This document shows, in pieces, positions 10,579 to 20,681 of a DNA stretch of 64,000 nt. Position 1 is the stretch's first letter. The number at the start of each line of letters is the position of its first letter. This DNA is from Nitrospinales bacterium (GTDB lineage Bacteria > Nitrospinota > Nitrospinia > Nitrospinales > VA-1). The position numbers and the translations under genes were made by a program. The notes beneath the pieces are model-generated. The model was not told the origin of the DNA, made no database searches, and saw only the letters and a list, made by a program, of their open reading frames with translations. The stretch is taken from NCBI GenBank assembly GCA_965223345.1, contig CBDCWG010000012.1, positions 2,240,001-2,304,000 on the forward strand, written 5' to 3'.

Positions 10579-10890
10579 TCAGTACGACCAGGGTTCCTTG
10601 AGGTTGTCCACCGTCCACACCGTCAGGCCGTCCACGTCTTTATAGATTCCACCCGTGAAAAAGTTGAACGGATCGAAAAACCGGATGCCCTTTTCCGGGT
10701 CCAGTTCGAAGTTCACTTTGTCTTTCTGCACGTCGTTGCTTTTGCATTCCAGGAATTTCTCACCGTCCACTTCCGACAGCTTGAAGATCTCCTCGATCTT
10801 ATCGGGAGAATAGTCTTCCGTTTCGACCACGACTTTCACTTTTTCCATGATGCTGTCCACGGTTTCCCTGGACAGGTGGTGCATCTTCAT
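10579..10890 (-). CDS. Hypothetical acidic protein (103 aa)
   Basis: Clean ORF with host-like codon usage; no recognisable motif. Confidence 0.7.
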   Translation of the reverse strand: MKMHHLSRETVDSIMEKVKVVVETEDYSPDKIEEIFKLSEVDGEKFLECKSNDVQKDKVNFELDPEKGIRFFDPFNFFTGGIYKDVDGLTVWTVDNLKEPWSY

Positions 10891-11037
10891 AGCTTCACCG
10901 ACGATTGCTGGTTTTCGATGGACTCCACCGGTACGGTAAAAAAATTATACCGCAAAAACGGCTGCGGCTGAAGGTTTCGCAACGGGAATTGTGCCGGAAC
11001 TGGCATGGCGGCTTCCTGCCGCCGAAGCGGCCTGGGC

Positions 11038-12492
11038 TCAGTGCTGGGCCAGCGAGAGGATCGGGTCCGGGAAGATCCCGAGCTCGATGGTGCCGATGAC
11101 GGCCAGGGCGACGACGAACAGGGTCATGGGGGAGGGGGCGATCTTGAATTCGGCCACGGGCTCCTTCATGTACATGTACACGACGACCTTCAGGTAGTAG
11201 TAAAACGAGATGGCGCTGTTCAGGACGGCGATGATCACCAGATACAGGTAGCCTTCCTGCAGGGCGGCGTTGAAGATGTAGAACTTAGCCACAAATCCCG
11301 CGAACGGCGGCAGCCCGCCGAGAGACAGCAGGAAGATGGTCATCGAAAGCGCCAGCACCGGGTGCTTGTAGGCGAGGCCCGAGTAGTTTTCGATTTCCAG
11401 GTTCTCGTTGCCGGAACGCCCGAGCAGGATGATGATGCCGAAGGTGCCGAACACCATGAAGGCGTAGGCCAGCATGTAAAACAGCAGGCTCGCCATGCCC
11501 AGGGAGTTTTTCGCGATGACGGCGATCAGGATGTAGCCGACGTGCGACACGCTGGAATAGGCCAGAAGCCGCTTGATGTTGGTCTGCACGATGGCGCCGA
11601 AGTTGCCCACGAACATGGTGAGCACGGCGACGATGTAGAGCAGGGTTTCCCAGGAGTCCGCCATTTCCGGCATGGTTTCCGCGAACACGCGGAAGAACGC
11701 GGCGAAGGCCGCGGCCTTGGGGCCCACCGCCATGAACGCCGTCACCGGCGAGGGAGCGCCCTGGTACACATCCGGCGCCCACATGTGAAACGGCACCGAG
11801 GCCACCTTGAAACCGAAGCCGATGACCAGGAGCACCACGCCGAGCAGCATGATGGGCTTGGTCTCCACATCGGTGGTTTTGATCAGCTCCGCGATTTTCG
11901 GCAGGTTCGTGGTGCCGGTCGCGCCGTACATGAGGGCCATGCCGTACAGCAGGAAACCGGTCGCGAACGCCCCGAGCAGAAAATACTTGAGCGCCGCCTC
12001 GTTGGACTTGGTGTCGTTCCTGCGGATTCCCGCCAGCACGTACAGGCAGATCGAAACGATCTCGATGCCGAGGAAGATCATGATGAAATCCGACGAGGAG
12101 GCCAAGAGGATCATGCCCACGGTGCAGAACAGGATGAGCGCGTAATACTCGCCCGCATTGATGCCTTCCCGCTCGTTGAAATCGATGGAGATCAGGATCG
12201 CCAGCGCCGAACTCATGGTGAAGATGATGATGAAGAATACGGAAAGGTGGTCCACCACGTAGCTGTCGTTGAACGAATAGACCGGCCATCCGACTTTGGC
12301 GAAGGCGCTGACAGCGGTCATCAGCAGGCCCACCAGGCTGACGAACACCAGGATGGATTTGTTTTTGCCTCCGAACAGATCGAGAACCAGCACGGCCATG
12401 GCGAAGACGCTCAGCACCAGTACCGGTGCGAGGCTGATCAGATCGATGGATTCGGGCATCGGGATCGGTGCCAGGGTCGTGTTCTCTTTCAT
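11038..12492 (-). CDS. nuoN: NADH-quinone oxidoreductase subunit N
   Basis: EAALKYFLLG, FKVASVPFHMWAPDVYQGAP, KRLLAYSS. Confidence 0.96.
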   Translation of the reverse strand: MKENTTLAPIPMPESIDLISLAPVLVLSVFAMAVLVLDLFGGKNKSILVFVSLVGLLMTAVSAFAKVGWPVYSFNDSYVVDHLSVFFIIIFTMSSALAILISIDFNEREGINAGEYYALILFCTVGMILLASSSDFIMIFLGIEIVSICLYVLAGIRRNDTKSNEAALKYFLLGAFATGFLLYGMALMYGATGTTNLPKIAELIKTTDVETKPIMLLGVVLLVIGFGFKVASVPFHMWAPDVYQGAPSPVTAFMAVGPKAAAFAAFFRVFAETMPEMADSWETLLYIVAVLTMFVGNFGAIVQTNIKRLLAYSSVSHVGYILIAVIAKNSLGMASLLFYMLAYAFMVFGTFGIIILLGRSGNENLEIENYSGLAYKHPVLALSMTIFLLSLGGLPPFAGFVAKFYIFNAALQEGYLYLVIIAVLNSAISFYYYLKVVVYMYMKEPVAEFKIAPSPMTLFVVALAVIGTIELGIFPDPILSLAQH

Positions 12493-12493
12493 A

Positions 12494-14062
12494 TCAGCGT
12501 TTGCCCCCAAGCTCTTCGTTCAACTTGGCGATGTCCCCTTGTTTGATCAGAGCCGCGTGGTGGTCTTTCTGCTGCTTGGGCCGGAAATTGTCCGGCGAAA
12601 CCCTGGTCAGCAGATGCGAGACCGAAGCGTCGAAGGTTTTCATGAACGGTTTCGGGTACAGCCCGATCCAGAATATGAGGACGATGAGCGGAGCCATGGT
12701 GATGTGCTCCCGGATATTCATGTCCTTGAGATTCATGTTTTTGGGATTCTTCAATTCCTGGAACATCACGCGCTGGAACATCCACAGGATGTAGCAGGCC
12801 GCAAAGATGACGCCGCTGGTGGCGCAGGCCGCCCAGATGCCATCGACCTGAAAGATGCCGAGCAGGATCAGAAATTCGCCCACGAACCCGTTCATGCCCG
12901 GAAGCCCGATCGAAGACAGGGCGACGATCATGAAACAGATGGCGTACTGCGGCATCTGCTTGGACAGGCCGCCGAATTCCGAGATCTCGCGTGTGTGCCT
13001 GCGGTCGTAGATCATGCCCACCAGAAGGAAGAGCGCGCCGGTGCTGATGCCGTGGTTGATGTTCTGCAACAGGGCGCCCTGCAGACCGTAGTGGTTGAGC
13101 GCGAAAATCCCCAGCATGACGAAGCCGAGATGGCTCACACTGGAATAGGCGACGAGTTTTTTCAGGTCCTTCTGCACCATGGAAACCCACGCGCCGTAGA
13201 CGATGCCGATGATGGACAGCCAGGCGATCATCGGCACGAACACGTTGGCGGCGTGCGGGAACAGGGGCAGATTGAAACGCAAAAATCCGTAGGTGCCCAT
13301 CTTGAGCAGCACACCCGCCAGGATCACACTGCCGGCGGTGGGCGCTTCCACGTGCGCGTCCGGCAGCCAGGTGTGAAACGGGAACATGGGCACCTTGATG
13401 GCGAACGCAAGGAAAAACGCCAGGAAGAGCCATTTCTGGGTCGTCAGCGAGACGTCCAGCTTGTCGGTGATGTACAGCAGATCCGTGGTGGCGACGCCGG
13501 TCTGTTCTTTGATCAGGATGTAGATCCAGATGATGGCCACCAGCATCAACAGCGAGCCGACGGCGGTGTAGAGGAAGAACTTGACCGCGGCGTACACCCG
13601 GCGCGGGCCGCCCCAGACACCGATGATGATGTACATGGGAACGAGCTGGAATTCCCAGAACACGTAGAACAGGAAAAAGTCCAGCGCGATGAACACGCCG
13701 AGCATGCCGGTGGAGAGCGCCAGCATGGCCATCATGTATTCGCGGATGTGCTTTTTCACATCCCAGGAGGCGATGATGGAGATCAGCGTCAGGAACGTGG
13801 TCATCACGTACAGCAGCAGCGAGATGCCGTCGATGCCCACGTGGTAGCCGATGCCCCATTCGGTGATCCAGGGAACCGAATACTCGAACTGCATCTCGTG
13901 CGTGCTGTGGTCGAAACTCGCCCACAGTTGCAGCGACAGCAGAAAGTCCGCCGCGGCAAAGGCGACGGCCGTCTGTTTGATGGCGTCCACCTTGTCCTTC
14001 GGTATGAAGGCGAGGAGGACGGCGCCGATCAGCGGCAGAAATGTCAAAAAAGTGAGAAACAT
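12494..14062 (-). CDS. nuoM: NADH-quinone oxidoreductase subunit M
   Basis: FYVFWE, KVPMFPFHTWLPDAHVEAPTAGS, LLKMGTYG, KKLVAYSSVSH. Confidence 0.96.
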   Translation of the reverse strand: MFLTFLTFLPLIGAVLLAFIPKDKVDAIKQTAVAFAAADFLLSLQLWASFDHSTHEMQFEYSVPWITEWGIGYHVGIDGISLLLYVMTTFLTLISIIASWDVKKHIREYMMAMLALSTGMLGVFIALDFFLFYVFWEFQLVPMYIIIGVWGGPRRVYAAVKFFLYTAVGSLLMLVAIIWIYILIKEQTGVATTDLLYITDKLDVSLTTQKWLFLAFFLAFAIKVPMFPFHTWLPDAHVEAPTAGSVILAGVLLKMGTYGFLRFNLPLFPHAANVFVPMIAWLSIIGIVYGAWVSMVQKDLKKLVAYSSVSHLGFVMLGIFALNHYGLQGALLQNINHGISTGALFLLVGMIYDRRHTREISEFGGLSKQMPQYAICFMIVALSSIGLPGMNGFVGEFLILLGIFQVDGIWAACATSGVIFAACYILWMFQRVMFQELKNPKNMNLKDMNIREHITMAPLIVLIFWIGLYPKPFMKTFDASVSHLLTRVSPDNFRPKQQKDHHAALIKQGDIAKLNEELGGKR

Positions 14063-14068
14063 GATTCC

Positions 14069-16036
14069 TTAAAACATGACGATGAGCAGGCAGACGAATC
14101 CGACCACGATGAATAAGGCGTAATTGCGCACGAAACCGGACTGGAATATCTGTGCGCGCTTTGAAAACCAGCCGATGACTTTGGCCACGCCGTTGACCCC
14201 GCCGTCGATGCCCTTGGCGTCGGCCTCCGTCCACAGCAGCTCGGAGGTTTTGACGAGCGGTTTGACGATGGTCTCATCGTACAACTCATCCACATTGTAT
14301 TTGTTCTTCACCAGATCGTAGCCCCACTGACCTTCGGTGAGCTTGTCCGGAAGATCGGGCTTTTTGATGTAGAAAATATAGGCTGCGGAAATGCCGGTGA
14401 TGGCCACGACCACCGAGAGCAGCATCAGGCCGATCTCCGCTAAGACGTTGTGTTCCTTGTGCTCGAGATAGTGGCTCCAGTCGGGAGCGTGGCGTCCCAT
14501 CTCGTGCAGCATGTGCTCGGAATGGTGGATCGCTGCGGCCATGTCGAAATGCAGCACCGGTTCCAGCCAGTTGTGCAAGAGATGCCAGCCGTGGATCAGC
14601 GGGATGCCCAAAAGGCCGCCGAACACCGCGAGCCCGGCCAGGATGACGAGTGGCAGGGTCATGACTTTCGGCGATTCGTGCACGTGCACCGAGGGATCGA
14701 CGCGCGATTCCCCGTGGAAGGTCATGAACACCAGGCGGAACATATAGAACCCGGTCAACAAGGCTGCGGAAATGCCCATGCCCCAGACGATGATGTTGCC
14801 GTCCATCAGGGAGTGGTAAAGAATCTCGTCCTTACTGAAAAAGCCCGATAACGGCGGAATGCCGGCGATGGCCAGCGTCGAGATGAGAAACGTGATGTAG
14901 GTGATGGGCATGTGATCCTTGAGTGCGCCCATCTTACGCATGTCCTGCTCGCCTTCCATGCCGTGGATCACGCTGCCGGAGCCCAGAAAGAGGCAGGCCT
15001 TGAAGAACGCGTGCGTGATCATGTGGAAGATGGCGGCGGTGTAAGCGCCGACGCCGCAGGCCAGGAACATGTAGCCGATCTGGCTGCAGGTCGAGTAGGC
15101 CAGCACGCGCTTGATGTCGTTCTGCGCCATGCCGATGGTGGCGGCCATGACGGCGGTGCTGCCGCCGATGAAGGCGACGACCATCATGATGTCGGGCGCC
15201 ATGTTGAACAGCGGGTTGCAGCGCACCACCATGAACACGCCGGCGGTCACCATGGTCGCGGCGTGGATCAGGGCGCTGACCGGTGTCGGGCCTTCCATCG
15301 CATCCGGCAGCCAGGTGTAGAGCGGAATCTGCGCCGATTTGCCGGTCGCGCCGATGAACAGCAGCATGCAGATGATGTTGACCGCTTCGCTGGAGAAAAT
15401 CAGTTTTTCCGGCGCTTCGTGGAAGACCGTGGTGTAGTCGATGGAGCCGAAAATATTGAAGATGTACATGACCGCGAGCAGGAAGGCGAAGTCTCCCACG
15501 CGGTTGACGATGAACGCCTTGGTCCCCGCGTCGCAGGCGGATTTTTTCTCGAAATAGTAGCCGATCAGGAAATAGGAGCAGCAGCCGACGCCCTCCCAGC
15601 CGATGAACATGATGAGGAAGTTGTTGCCCATGACGAGCAGCAGCATCGCGAACATGAACAGGTTGAGGTAGGCGAAGAAGCGGTAGAAGCTGTACTCATC
15701 GTGCATGTAGCCGATGGAGTAGACGTGGATCAAAAAGCCGACGCCGGTGACGAAGGTCATCATGGTCAGCGACAGGGGATCGATCTGGAAACCGAAATCG
15801 ACCATGAAGTCCCCGGCGGCCATCCAGGTGAACAGCGACTGCTCGAACACGTGCTCGCCTTCGGGCAGCATGAAATAGCCGATGAGCACCAGCAGCGTCG
15901 TGATGAAAGAAAGCGCGACCGATCCGCAGGCGATGAAGCCGACAGCGCGTTTTCCGATTTTCAGCCCCCAGAATCCGTTGATGATCGAGCCGATCAGCGG
16001 GTACAGGGGGATCAGCCAGGTGAGCTTGAGCAGCAT
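14069..16036 (-). CDS. nuoL: NADH-quinone oxidoreductase subunit L
   Basis: GWEGVG, NRVGD, GKSAQIPLYTWLPDAMEGPTPVSALIHAATMV, HAFFKA. Confidence 0.96.
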   Translation of the reverse strand: MLLKLTWLIPLYPLIGSIINGFWGLKIGKRAVGFIACGSVALSFITTLLVLIGYFMLPEGEHVFEQSLFTWMAAGDFMVDFGFQIDPLSLTMMTFVTGVGFLIHVYSIGYMHDEYSFYRFFAYLNLFMFAMLLLVMGNNFLIMFIGWEGVGCCSYFLIGYYFEKKSACDAGTKAFIVNRVGDFAFLLAVMYIFNIFGSIDYTTVFHEAPEKLIFSSEAVNIICMLLFIGATGKSAQIPLYTWLPDAMEGPTPVSALIHAATMVTAGVFMVVRCNPLFNMAPDIMMVVAFIGGSTAVMAATIGMAQNDIKRVLAYSTCSQIGYMFLACGVGAYTAAIFHMITHAFFKACLFLGSGSVIHGMEGEQDMRKMGALKDHMPITYITFLISTLAIAGIPPLSGFFSKDEILYHSLMDGNIIVWGMGISAALLTGFYMFRLVFMTFHGESRVDPSVHVHESPKVMTLPLVILAGLAVFGGLLGIPLIHGWHLLHNWLEPVLHFDMAAAIHHSEHMLHEMGRHAPDWSHYLEHKEHNVLAEIGLMLLSVVVAITGISAAYIFYIKKPDLPDKLTEGQWGYDLVKNKYNVDELYDETIVKPLVKTSELLWTEADAKGIDGGVNGVAKVIGWFSKRAQIFQSGFVRNYALFIVVGFVCLLIVMF

Positions 16037-16040
16037 GCGT

Positions 16041-16364
16041 CTACCATTTCATGATGTTGAATTCGTCAAGATTGACGGTCGGTTTGTTGCGGAACATGGC
16101 GATGATGATCGCAAGCCCGACCGAAACCTCGGCGGCGGCGACGCACATCACCATGAAGCTGAATATCTGACCGTCGTGCGCGTGCAAGTATTTGTCGAAC
16201 GCGATCAGCGAAATGTTCACCGCGTTGAGCATGATCTCGATACACATGAACACCACGATGGCGTTGCGGCGCACCATCACGCCCACCACGCCGATGGCGA
16301 ACAGCGTCGCGCTTAAAATCAGGTAATGCGAGAGCGGAACCATCCCACTCAAAAAATCGTCCAT
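16041..16364 (-). CDS. nuoK: NADH-quinone oxidoreductase subunit K
   Basis: [26 protein letters not shown]. Confidence 0.96.
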   Translation of the reverse strand: MDDFLSGMVPLSHYLILSATLFAIGVVGVMVRRNAIVVFMCIEIMLNAVNISLIAFDKYLHAHDGQIFSFMVMCVAAAEVSVGLAIIIAMFRNKPTVNLDEFNIMKW

Positions 16365-16366
16365 GA

Positions 16367-16876
16367 TCAGTCCAGTTTGGTTTTGGCCAGGACCACCGCG
16401 CCCACCATCGCCACCAGAAGCAGTATGGAGGCGACCTCAAACGGCAGCACGAAATCGGTGAACAGCGTTTCCCCCACCGCGGCCGCGGTCCCGAACGTTT
16501 CCGGCGGCGGCGTGGGATCCACGAATTCGTTGTCGGTGATGACGTCGATTCCCTTGTACAACCCGCCCACCGCGAGGATGGAAGCCAGCACCGTCAACAG
16601 GGTGTTTCTGTCCCGCACTTTCCACTTGCTGCTGGCGTCGCCCTTGAGATTCAAAAGCATGATGACGAACATGAACAGAACCATGATCGCACCCGCATAG
16701 ATGATGACCTGCAGGATGGCGATGAAATGCGCATGCTGCAGGACAAAAATCCCCGCCAGCGTCAGCATCATGCCGATCAGCGAGATGGCCGAGCCAATGG
16801 GGCTTTTGTTGATCACCACGGCGAGGGCGAAGCCCACGCACACGATGGCCATCGGGTAGAAGATCAGTAATTCCAT
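16367..16876 (-). CDS. nuoJ: NADH-quinone oxidoreductase subunit J
   Basis: [37 protein letters not shown]. Confidence 0.95.
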   Translation of the reverse strand: MELLIFYPMAIVCVGFALAVVINKSPIGSAISLIGMMLTLAGIFVLQHAHFIAILQVIIYAGAIMVLFMFVIMLLNLKGDASSKWKVRDRNTLLTVLASILAVGGLYKGIDVITDNEFVDPTPPPETFGTAAAVGETLFTDFVLPFEVASILLLVAMVGAVVLAKTKLD

Positions 16877-17433
16877 TTGGCGTACATCTTACGGGTGAAA
16901 TCGATCCGGTCCTGCAATTCGGCGACAGGGGTCAGCAATTGTTCCTTGTTGTACTTCATCTTCTTGCGGTCGAGCATCGAGATTTCGCAGTCGTCGCTCA
17001 TGAAGATCGCCTCTTCGGGGCAGGCTTCCTCACAGTTGCCGCAGAAGATACAGACCGCGTAGTCGATGGTGAACTCCTTCGGCCAGCGCTCCACCGAGTT
17101 CTGCTTGCCGCTGTTTTCCGCGGGTTCGATGTCGATGCAGTAGGCCGGACAGGCGATCTCGCACAACCCGCAGGCCACGCAGTAGGGCGTGCCGTCCTCT
17201 TTCATGGAAAGCACCGGCCGGCCGCGGTAGGCGATGGGATAATCGACGGTCTGTTCGGGATAATAAACGGTGAAGATTTCGCGTTCCTTCTTCCTTCCCA
17301 GGAAGAAGGGGATGAAACCCAGCATATTCAGAAAAAAGTGGCGGGAGGTGATACAGAGCCCGCGGATGATTTCCGGGATATAGGATCGCTCCCACCATGT
17401 CATCTTGACATTGCGGTTCACGTAGTAAGCCAT
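16864..17433 (-). CDS. nuoI: NADH-quinone oxidoreductase subunit I (2x[4Fe-4S])
   Basis: CVACGLCEIACP and CIFCGNCEEACP; TVYYPE..RGRP. Confidence 0.95.
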   Translation of the reverse strand: MAYYVNRNVKMTWWERSYIPEIIRGLCITSRHFFLNMLGFIPFFLGRKKEREIFTVYYPEQTVDYPIAYRGRPVLSMKEDGTPYCVACGLCEIACPAYCIDIEPAENSGKQNSVERWPKEFTIDYAVCIFCGNCEEACPEEAIFMSDDCEISMLDRKKMKYNKEQLLTPVAELQDRIDFTRKMYAKWNY

Positions 17434-17446
17434 GGCAGATTCCTTA

Positions 17447-18520
17447 TTATTGAAACGCCATTATGATCACCCCGGTCACCAGGATGTTGATCAGCGACAG
17501 GGGTAACAGAATTTTCCACCCGAGTTTCATGATCTGATCGTAGCGAAACCGGGGCAGGGTCCAGCGAATGGTCATCTGCAACCAGATGAAGATGATGACC
17601 TTTGTGAAAAACACGCCCACATGGATGAGCATGACAATGATGTTTGCGGCGGTGGTGCCGAACCACTCAAACAAAGACAAAAGCGTGGCGGTGGTGACGA
17701 ACGGGATGTGCCACGCGCCGAAAAACAGCAACGTGACGATCGCGGCGATGGTCACCATTTCGATGAATTCGGCCATGAAGAACATGCCGAATTTGAGGCC
17801 GCTGTATTCGGTGAAATAACCCGCCACCAGCTCCGACTCCGCTTCCGGGTTGTCGAACGGGATGCGTTTGTTTTCGGCGATGGAGGCGGTCAGAAACATG
17901 AAAAAACCCAGAGGCTGCAAAAACACGCCCCACCACCCGGTTTCCTGCATCGCGCCGATCTCGGTCAGCCTCATGGTGCCGAACACCATGAGCACGCCGA
18001 TGATGGTGAGCCCCATGGTGACCTCGTAGGAGATCATCTGCGAGGCGGTGCGCATCGATCCCAAGAGCGACCAGTTGTTGTTCGAGCTCCAGCCGGCGAT
18101 GACGTAGCCGTAGGTCGCGATCGAGGCGATGGCGAACACGAACAGAATGCCGACATCCAGATCGGAGATCACCAGGTTGACTTCCTTGCCCCAGAGTTCG
18201 TACACGCCGCCGAAGGGCACCACGGCGAAGGTGACGATGGCCGGGATGAGCGCGACGATCGGGCTCAACGTGTGCAGAACCTTGTTGGCGCCTTCGGGGA
18301 TGAAATCTTCCTTGGTGAACATCTTGAGGGCGTCGGCGACGGCATGGAACAGGCCGATCACGGTGAAGCCCATGATGTCGGCGCGGTTGGCGCCGATGCG
18401 GTCCTGCATGACGGCGCTCTGCTTGCGCTCCACCCAGGTGAGGATGGGCGCAAAAAACCCGACGGTGATGCCGAGAATGAAAAGAATCTTTGCGAGCGTG
18501 ATGAGTAAATCGACAAGCAT
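17447..18520 (-). CDS. nuoH: NADH-quinone oxidoreductase subunit H
   Basis: ERK..QDRIGANR, DALKMFTKED, QMISYE, PFDNPEAESELVAGYFTEYSG, PRFRYDQ. An alternative TTG start at 18529 overlaps the nuoC stop. Confidence 0.96.
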   Translation of the reverse strand: MLVDLLITLAKILFILGITVGFFAPILTWVERKQSAVMQDRIGANRADIMGFTVIGLFHAVADALKMFTKEDFIPEGANKVLHTLSPIVALIPAIVTFAVVPFGGVYELWGKEVNLVISDLDVGILFVFAIASIATYGYVIAGWSSNNNWSLLGSMRTASQMISYEVTMGLTIIGVLMVFGTMRLTEIGAMQETGWWGVFLQPLGFFMFLTASIAENKRIPFDNPEAESELVAGYFTEYSGLKFGMFFMAEFIEMVTIAAIVTLLFFGAWHIPFVTTATLLSLFEWFGTTAANIIVMLIHVGVFFTKVIIFIWLQMTIRWTLPRFRYDQIMKLGWKILLPLSLINILVTGVIIMAFQ

Positions 18521-18525
18521 ACCGG

Positions 18526-19011
18526 TCAATTCATGGGGCCTATCAAAGGCTGCCTTTTGTTTACAGGATAGTCCTTACGCAGGGGGTGCCCCTTGAATTC
18601 CTCGTACAAAAGGATCCGCCTGAGATTGGGGTGTCCGCGGAACTTGATTCCGTAGAGGTCCCAGATTTCCCGTTCGTACCAGTCGGCTGTTTTCCACAGG
18701 GACGTGACGGTTTCGACAATGCAATCCTTCTCGTCCACGGGAATTTTGACCCTCAGCCGATGGTTGTGCTTTGTGGAGTAGAAATGGTAGACGACTTCGA
18801 AGCGCAGGTCCTTTTTCTTCAGGTAATCGACGGCGGTCACATCCATAAGAAAATCCAGCGACAACTCGGGATCGTCCATCAGGAACTTGAAAAAACCAAT
18901 GCCGCATTCCTTGCGCACGGTAACGGTCTGGTCGCCGCGGAAATTGTGCGAATCGACCACCATGTCTCCGTGCTCGGATTTGATTCTGTCGATGAGAGCG
19001 GTGTCGCCCAT
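18526..19011 (-). CDS. nuoC: NADH-quinone oxidoreductase subunit C (stand-alone, not a CD fusion)
   Basis: DVTAVDY, RFEVVYH, ADWYEREIWDLYGIKFRGHPNLRRIL, GHPLRKDYP; only 161 aa. Confidence 0.95.
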   Translation of the reverse strand: MGDTALIDRIKSEHGDMVVDSHNFRGDQTVTVRKECGIGFFKFLMDDPELSLDFLMDVTAVDYLKKKDLRFEVVYHFYSTKHNHRLRVKIPVDEKDCIVETVTSLWKTADWYEREIWDLYGIKFRGHPNLRRILLYEEFKGHPLRKDYPVNKRQPLIGPMN

Positions 19012-19047
19012 GAAGCCTCTATCCTATTCGCGTTAGCGTACGGCTCA

Positions 19048-19404
19048 TCATTCCCAGTCCAGGCCGCCGCGTCTCCATACATAAAGAAGACCCACGCCCA
19101 GGATGAGGATGAACAGAAACATTTCGATGAAGCCGAACAGGCCCAGCCGCTGGAACAGAATGGCCCAGGGAAAGAAAAAGACGGCTTCGATGTCGAACAG
19201 CACAAACAGCACCGCCACCAGGTAGAACTTGACCGAAAAGCGCTGGCGGGGGGAAACGAGAGGGCTTTCTCCACATTCGAAGGGCTCCATTTTATCGGCG
19301 AACTGCCGTTTGGGGCCCAGTATCGAGGTCATGAAAACCATGCCGCAGGCGATGCCGATGGCCATGAGCAGCATGAGCACGACGCCGATGTATTCTTCTA
19401 ACAT
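19048..19404 (-). CDS. nuoA: NADH-quinone oxidoreductase subunit A
   Basis: PFECG, FSVKFYLVAVLFVLFDIEAVF, GGLDWE. Confidence 0.96.
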   Translation of the reverse strand: MLEEYIGVVLMLLMAIGIACGMVFMTSILGPKRQFADKMEPFECGESPLVSPRQRFSVKFYLVAVLFVLFDIEAVFFFPWAILFQRLGLFGFIEMFLFILILGVGLLYVWRRGGLDWE

Positions 19405-19598
19405 ATCCTCTCCCTAATACTCGAACCGTATTGTGGCTGTTTTGCGGATTGGTATCTTGAGAATGGGACCGGGAAACCCGGTTGAAAATCCTGCCGCCGG
19501 GAGGGCCCAGACCCTTATTTTCCCCAGTCTAACCGCTCGCCGAGAGATACTGGAAATTAGTTGAGAATCGCCCAAAAACCTTTATAAACAGAGGGGGG

Positions 19599-19628
19599 AT
19601 AGTACTCTACCCCCGCACTTTTTGTCAA
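19599..19628 (-). promoter_or_regulatory. Putative sigma70 promoter of the nuo operon
   Basis: TTGACA-N18-TACTAT on the minus strand, about 195 nt upstream of nuoA. Confidence 0.55.
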
Positions 19629-19796
19629 TCAAAAAGCGTTTAAAAACTCATCATTTCATCCATTTGAGGGAAAACTTCCCCACCCCGATGAGAGGAGCAG
19701 AAATCGCAATTTAGGCATGGGAATTTGCAGGTGGAATGGAGCGATACCAGAAAAATGGGCGGGGGAGGGGAGACCGCTCGGATTTTGCGCTTTCAG

Positions 19797-19850
19797 GCAA
19801 AAAAAACCGCCTTTCGGCGGGTTATGGAATGAATCCGGCCTCGTCCTACT
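19797..19850 (-). repeat. Displaced duplicate of the 5S rRNA 3' end plus rrn terminator (att-like direct repeat of 20895-20951)
   Basis: 19-nt exact match AATCCGGCCTCGTCCTACT (19832-19850 = 20933-20951) plus a near-identical hairpin CCGCCTTTCGGCGG vs CCGCCTTGCGGCGG with an A-tract. Confidence 0.9.
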
Positions 19851-19886
19851 ACCACCCAGCTGTCCGTTCGTATTTGGATTCCTTTC

Positions 19887-20681
19887 TCACTTGATCGGTG
19901 AGAGCAATTCCGGAGAGGTTACAAGCTTTCGAACACCATGGGCATGATTTTCATTAAAAACGTTGCTTTTGCACCAGGCATTGAGGGAAGCAATATTGAC
20001 CTTCTTGCAGGATGGACGCACTCCCCAGGTTACTTGCATCGAGGAACATTTTTCTTCTGTATATTTGGGACCTGTTGTGGATCCGGCGAAAACGACCGGT
20101 TCTCCTGTTCCTGAAGGTAAGGATTTGGCTTGGTGCAAGCCATTGACTTTATTACCACCATAAGTAAATGAACCGAAGTCCGCAGCGTTTGGATCGTTGA
20201 CGACAAGAAAAACCTGCGTTTCAACTCTCAACTGGGGATTTGCGCATTTGTCAGACAGGCAGGAACCAAGTCCTTCTCCCGGTTTTACATCGCAAGATGT
20301 GTGAACCCAATGCACTTCAATGGTGTCTCCAGGTTTGACCCCGTGACAGGCTCCACGACCCTCTGTGGGATCTTTCAGTTCAGCGGCCGTCAGTTTTTTA
20401 GTTTCATTGCATTTGAAACCGCCATGTTTTCCTTCACCTGCGAAAATAGAGAAGCCGGGTCCTTTATGTTCTGCATTTGTATGAAAGTGGATGTTGCAAA
20501 GGTTCAAGTTTTCCGATGGTGGAGCCATAGAGAAAAATCGAGTATTGGAGCCGGCAGCGCTGCTGATGTCTCTGGGGGTTTGTGGCCCATATCCTTTGCA
20601 AAGATTATCGGCATTTGCCTGGGAAGTCAGGCCGGAGCCAATGATCATTGTCCCTATTATTAACGTGTGGATGAATCTCAT
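19887..20681 (-). CDS. Secreted delta-class carbonic anhydrase (TWCA1/CA_like family)
   Basis: Signal peptide; GPQTPRDI, LCNIHFHTNAEHK, GDTIEVHWVHTSC, GLGSC..CANPQLRVETQVF, GSTTG..YT..CS..QVTW motifs typical of the family; visibly AT-richer than the flanks. Confidence 0.85.
   Translation of the reverse strand: MRFIHTLIIGTMIIGSGLTSQANADNLCKGYGPQTPRDISSAAGSNTRFFSMAPPSENLNLCNIHFHTNAEHKGPGFSIFAGEGKHGGFKCNETKKLTAAELKDPTEGRGACHGVKPGDTIEVHWVHTSCDVKPGEGLGSCLSDKCANPQLRVETQVFLVVNDPNAADFGSFTYGGNKVNGLHQAKSLPSGTGEPVVFAGSTTGPKYTEEKCSSMQVTWGVRPSCKKVNIASLNAWCKSNVFNENHAHGVRKLVTSPELLSPIK

Noticed and set aside
14450..14545. His-rich loop in NuoL
   Set aside because: His-rich variable loops at this position are common in NuoL.
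11005..19401. Long + strand ORFs opposite the nuo genes as possible hidden nuoB/nuoD
   Set aside because: No NuoB (CC..E) or NuoD (GPQHP, RxDY) motifs; antisense shadows.
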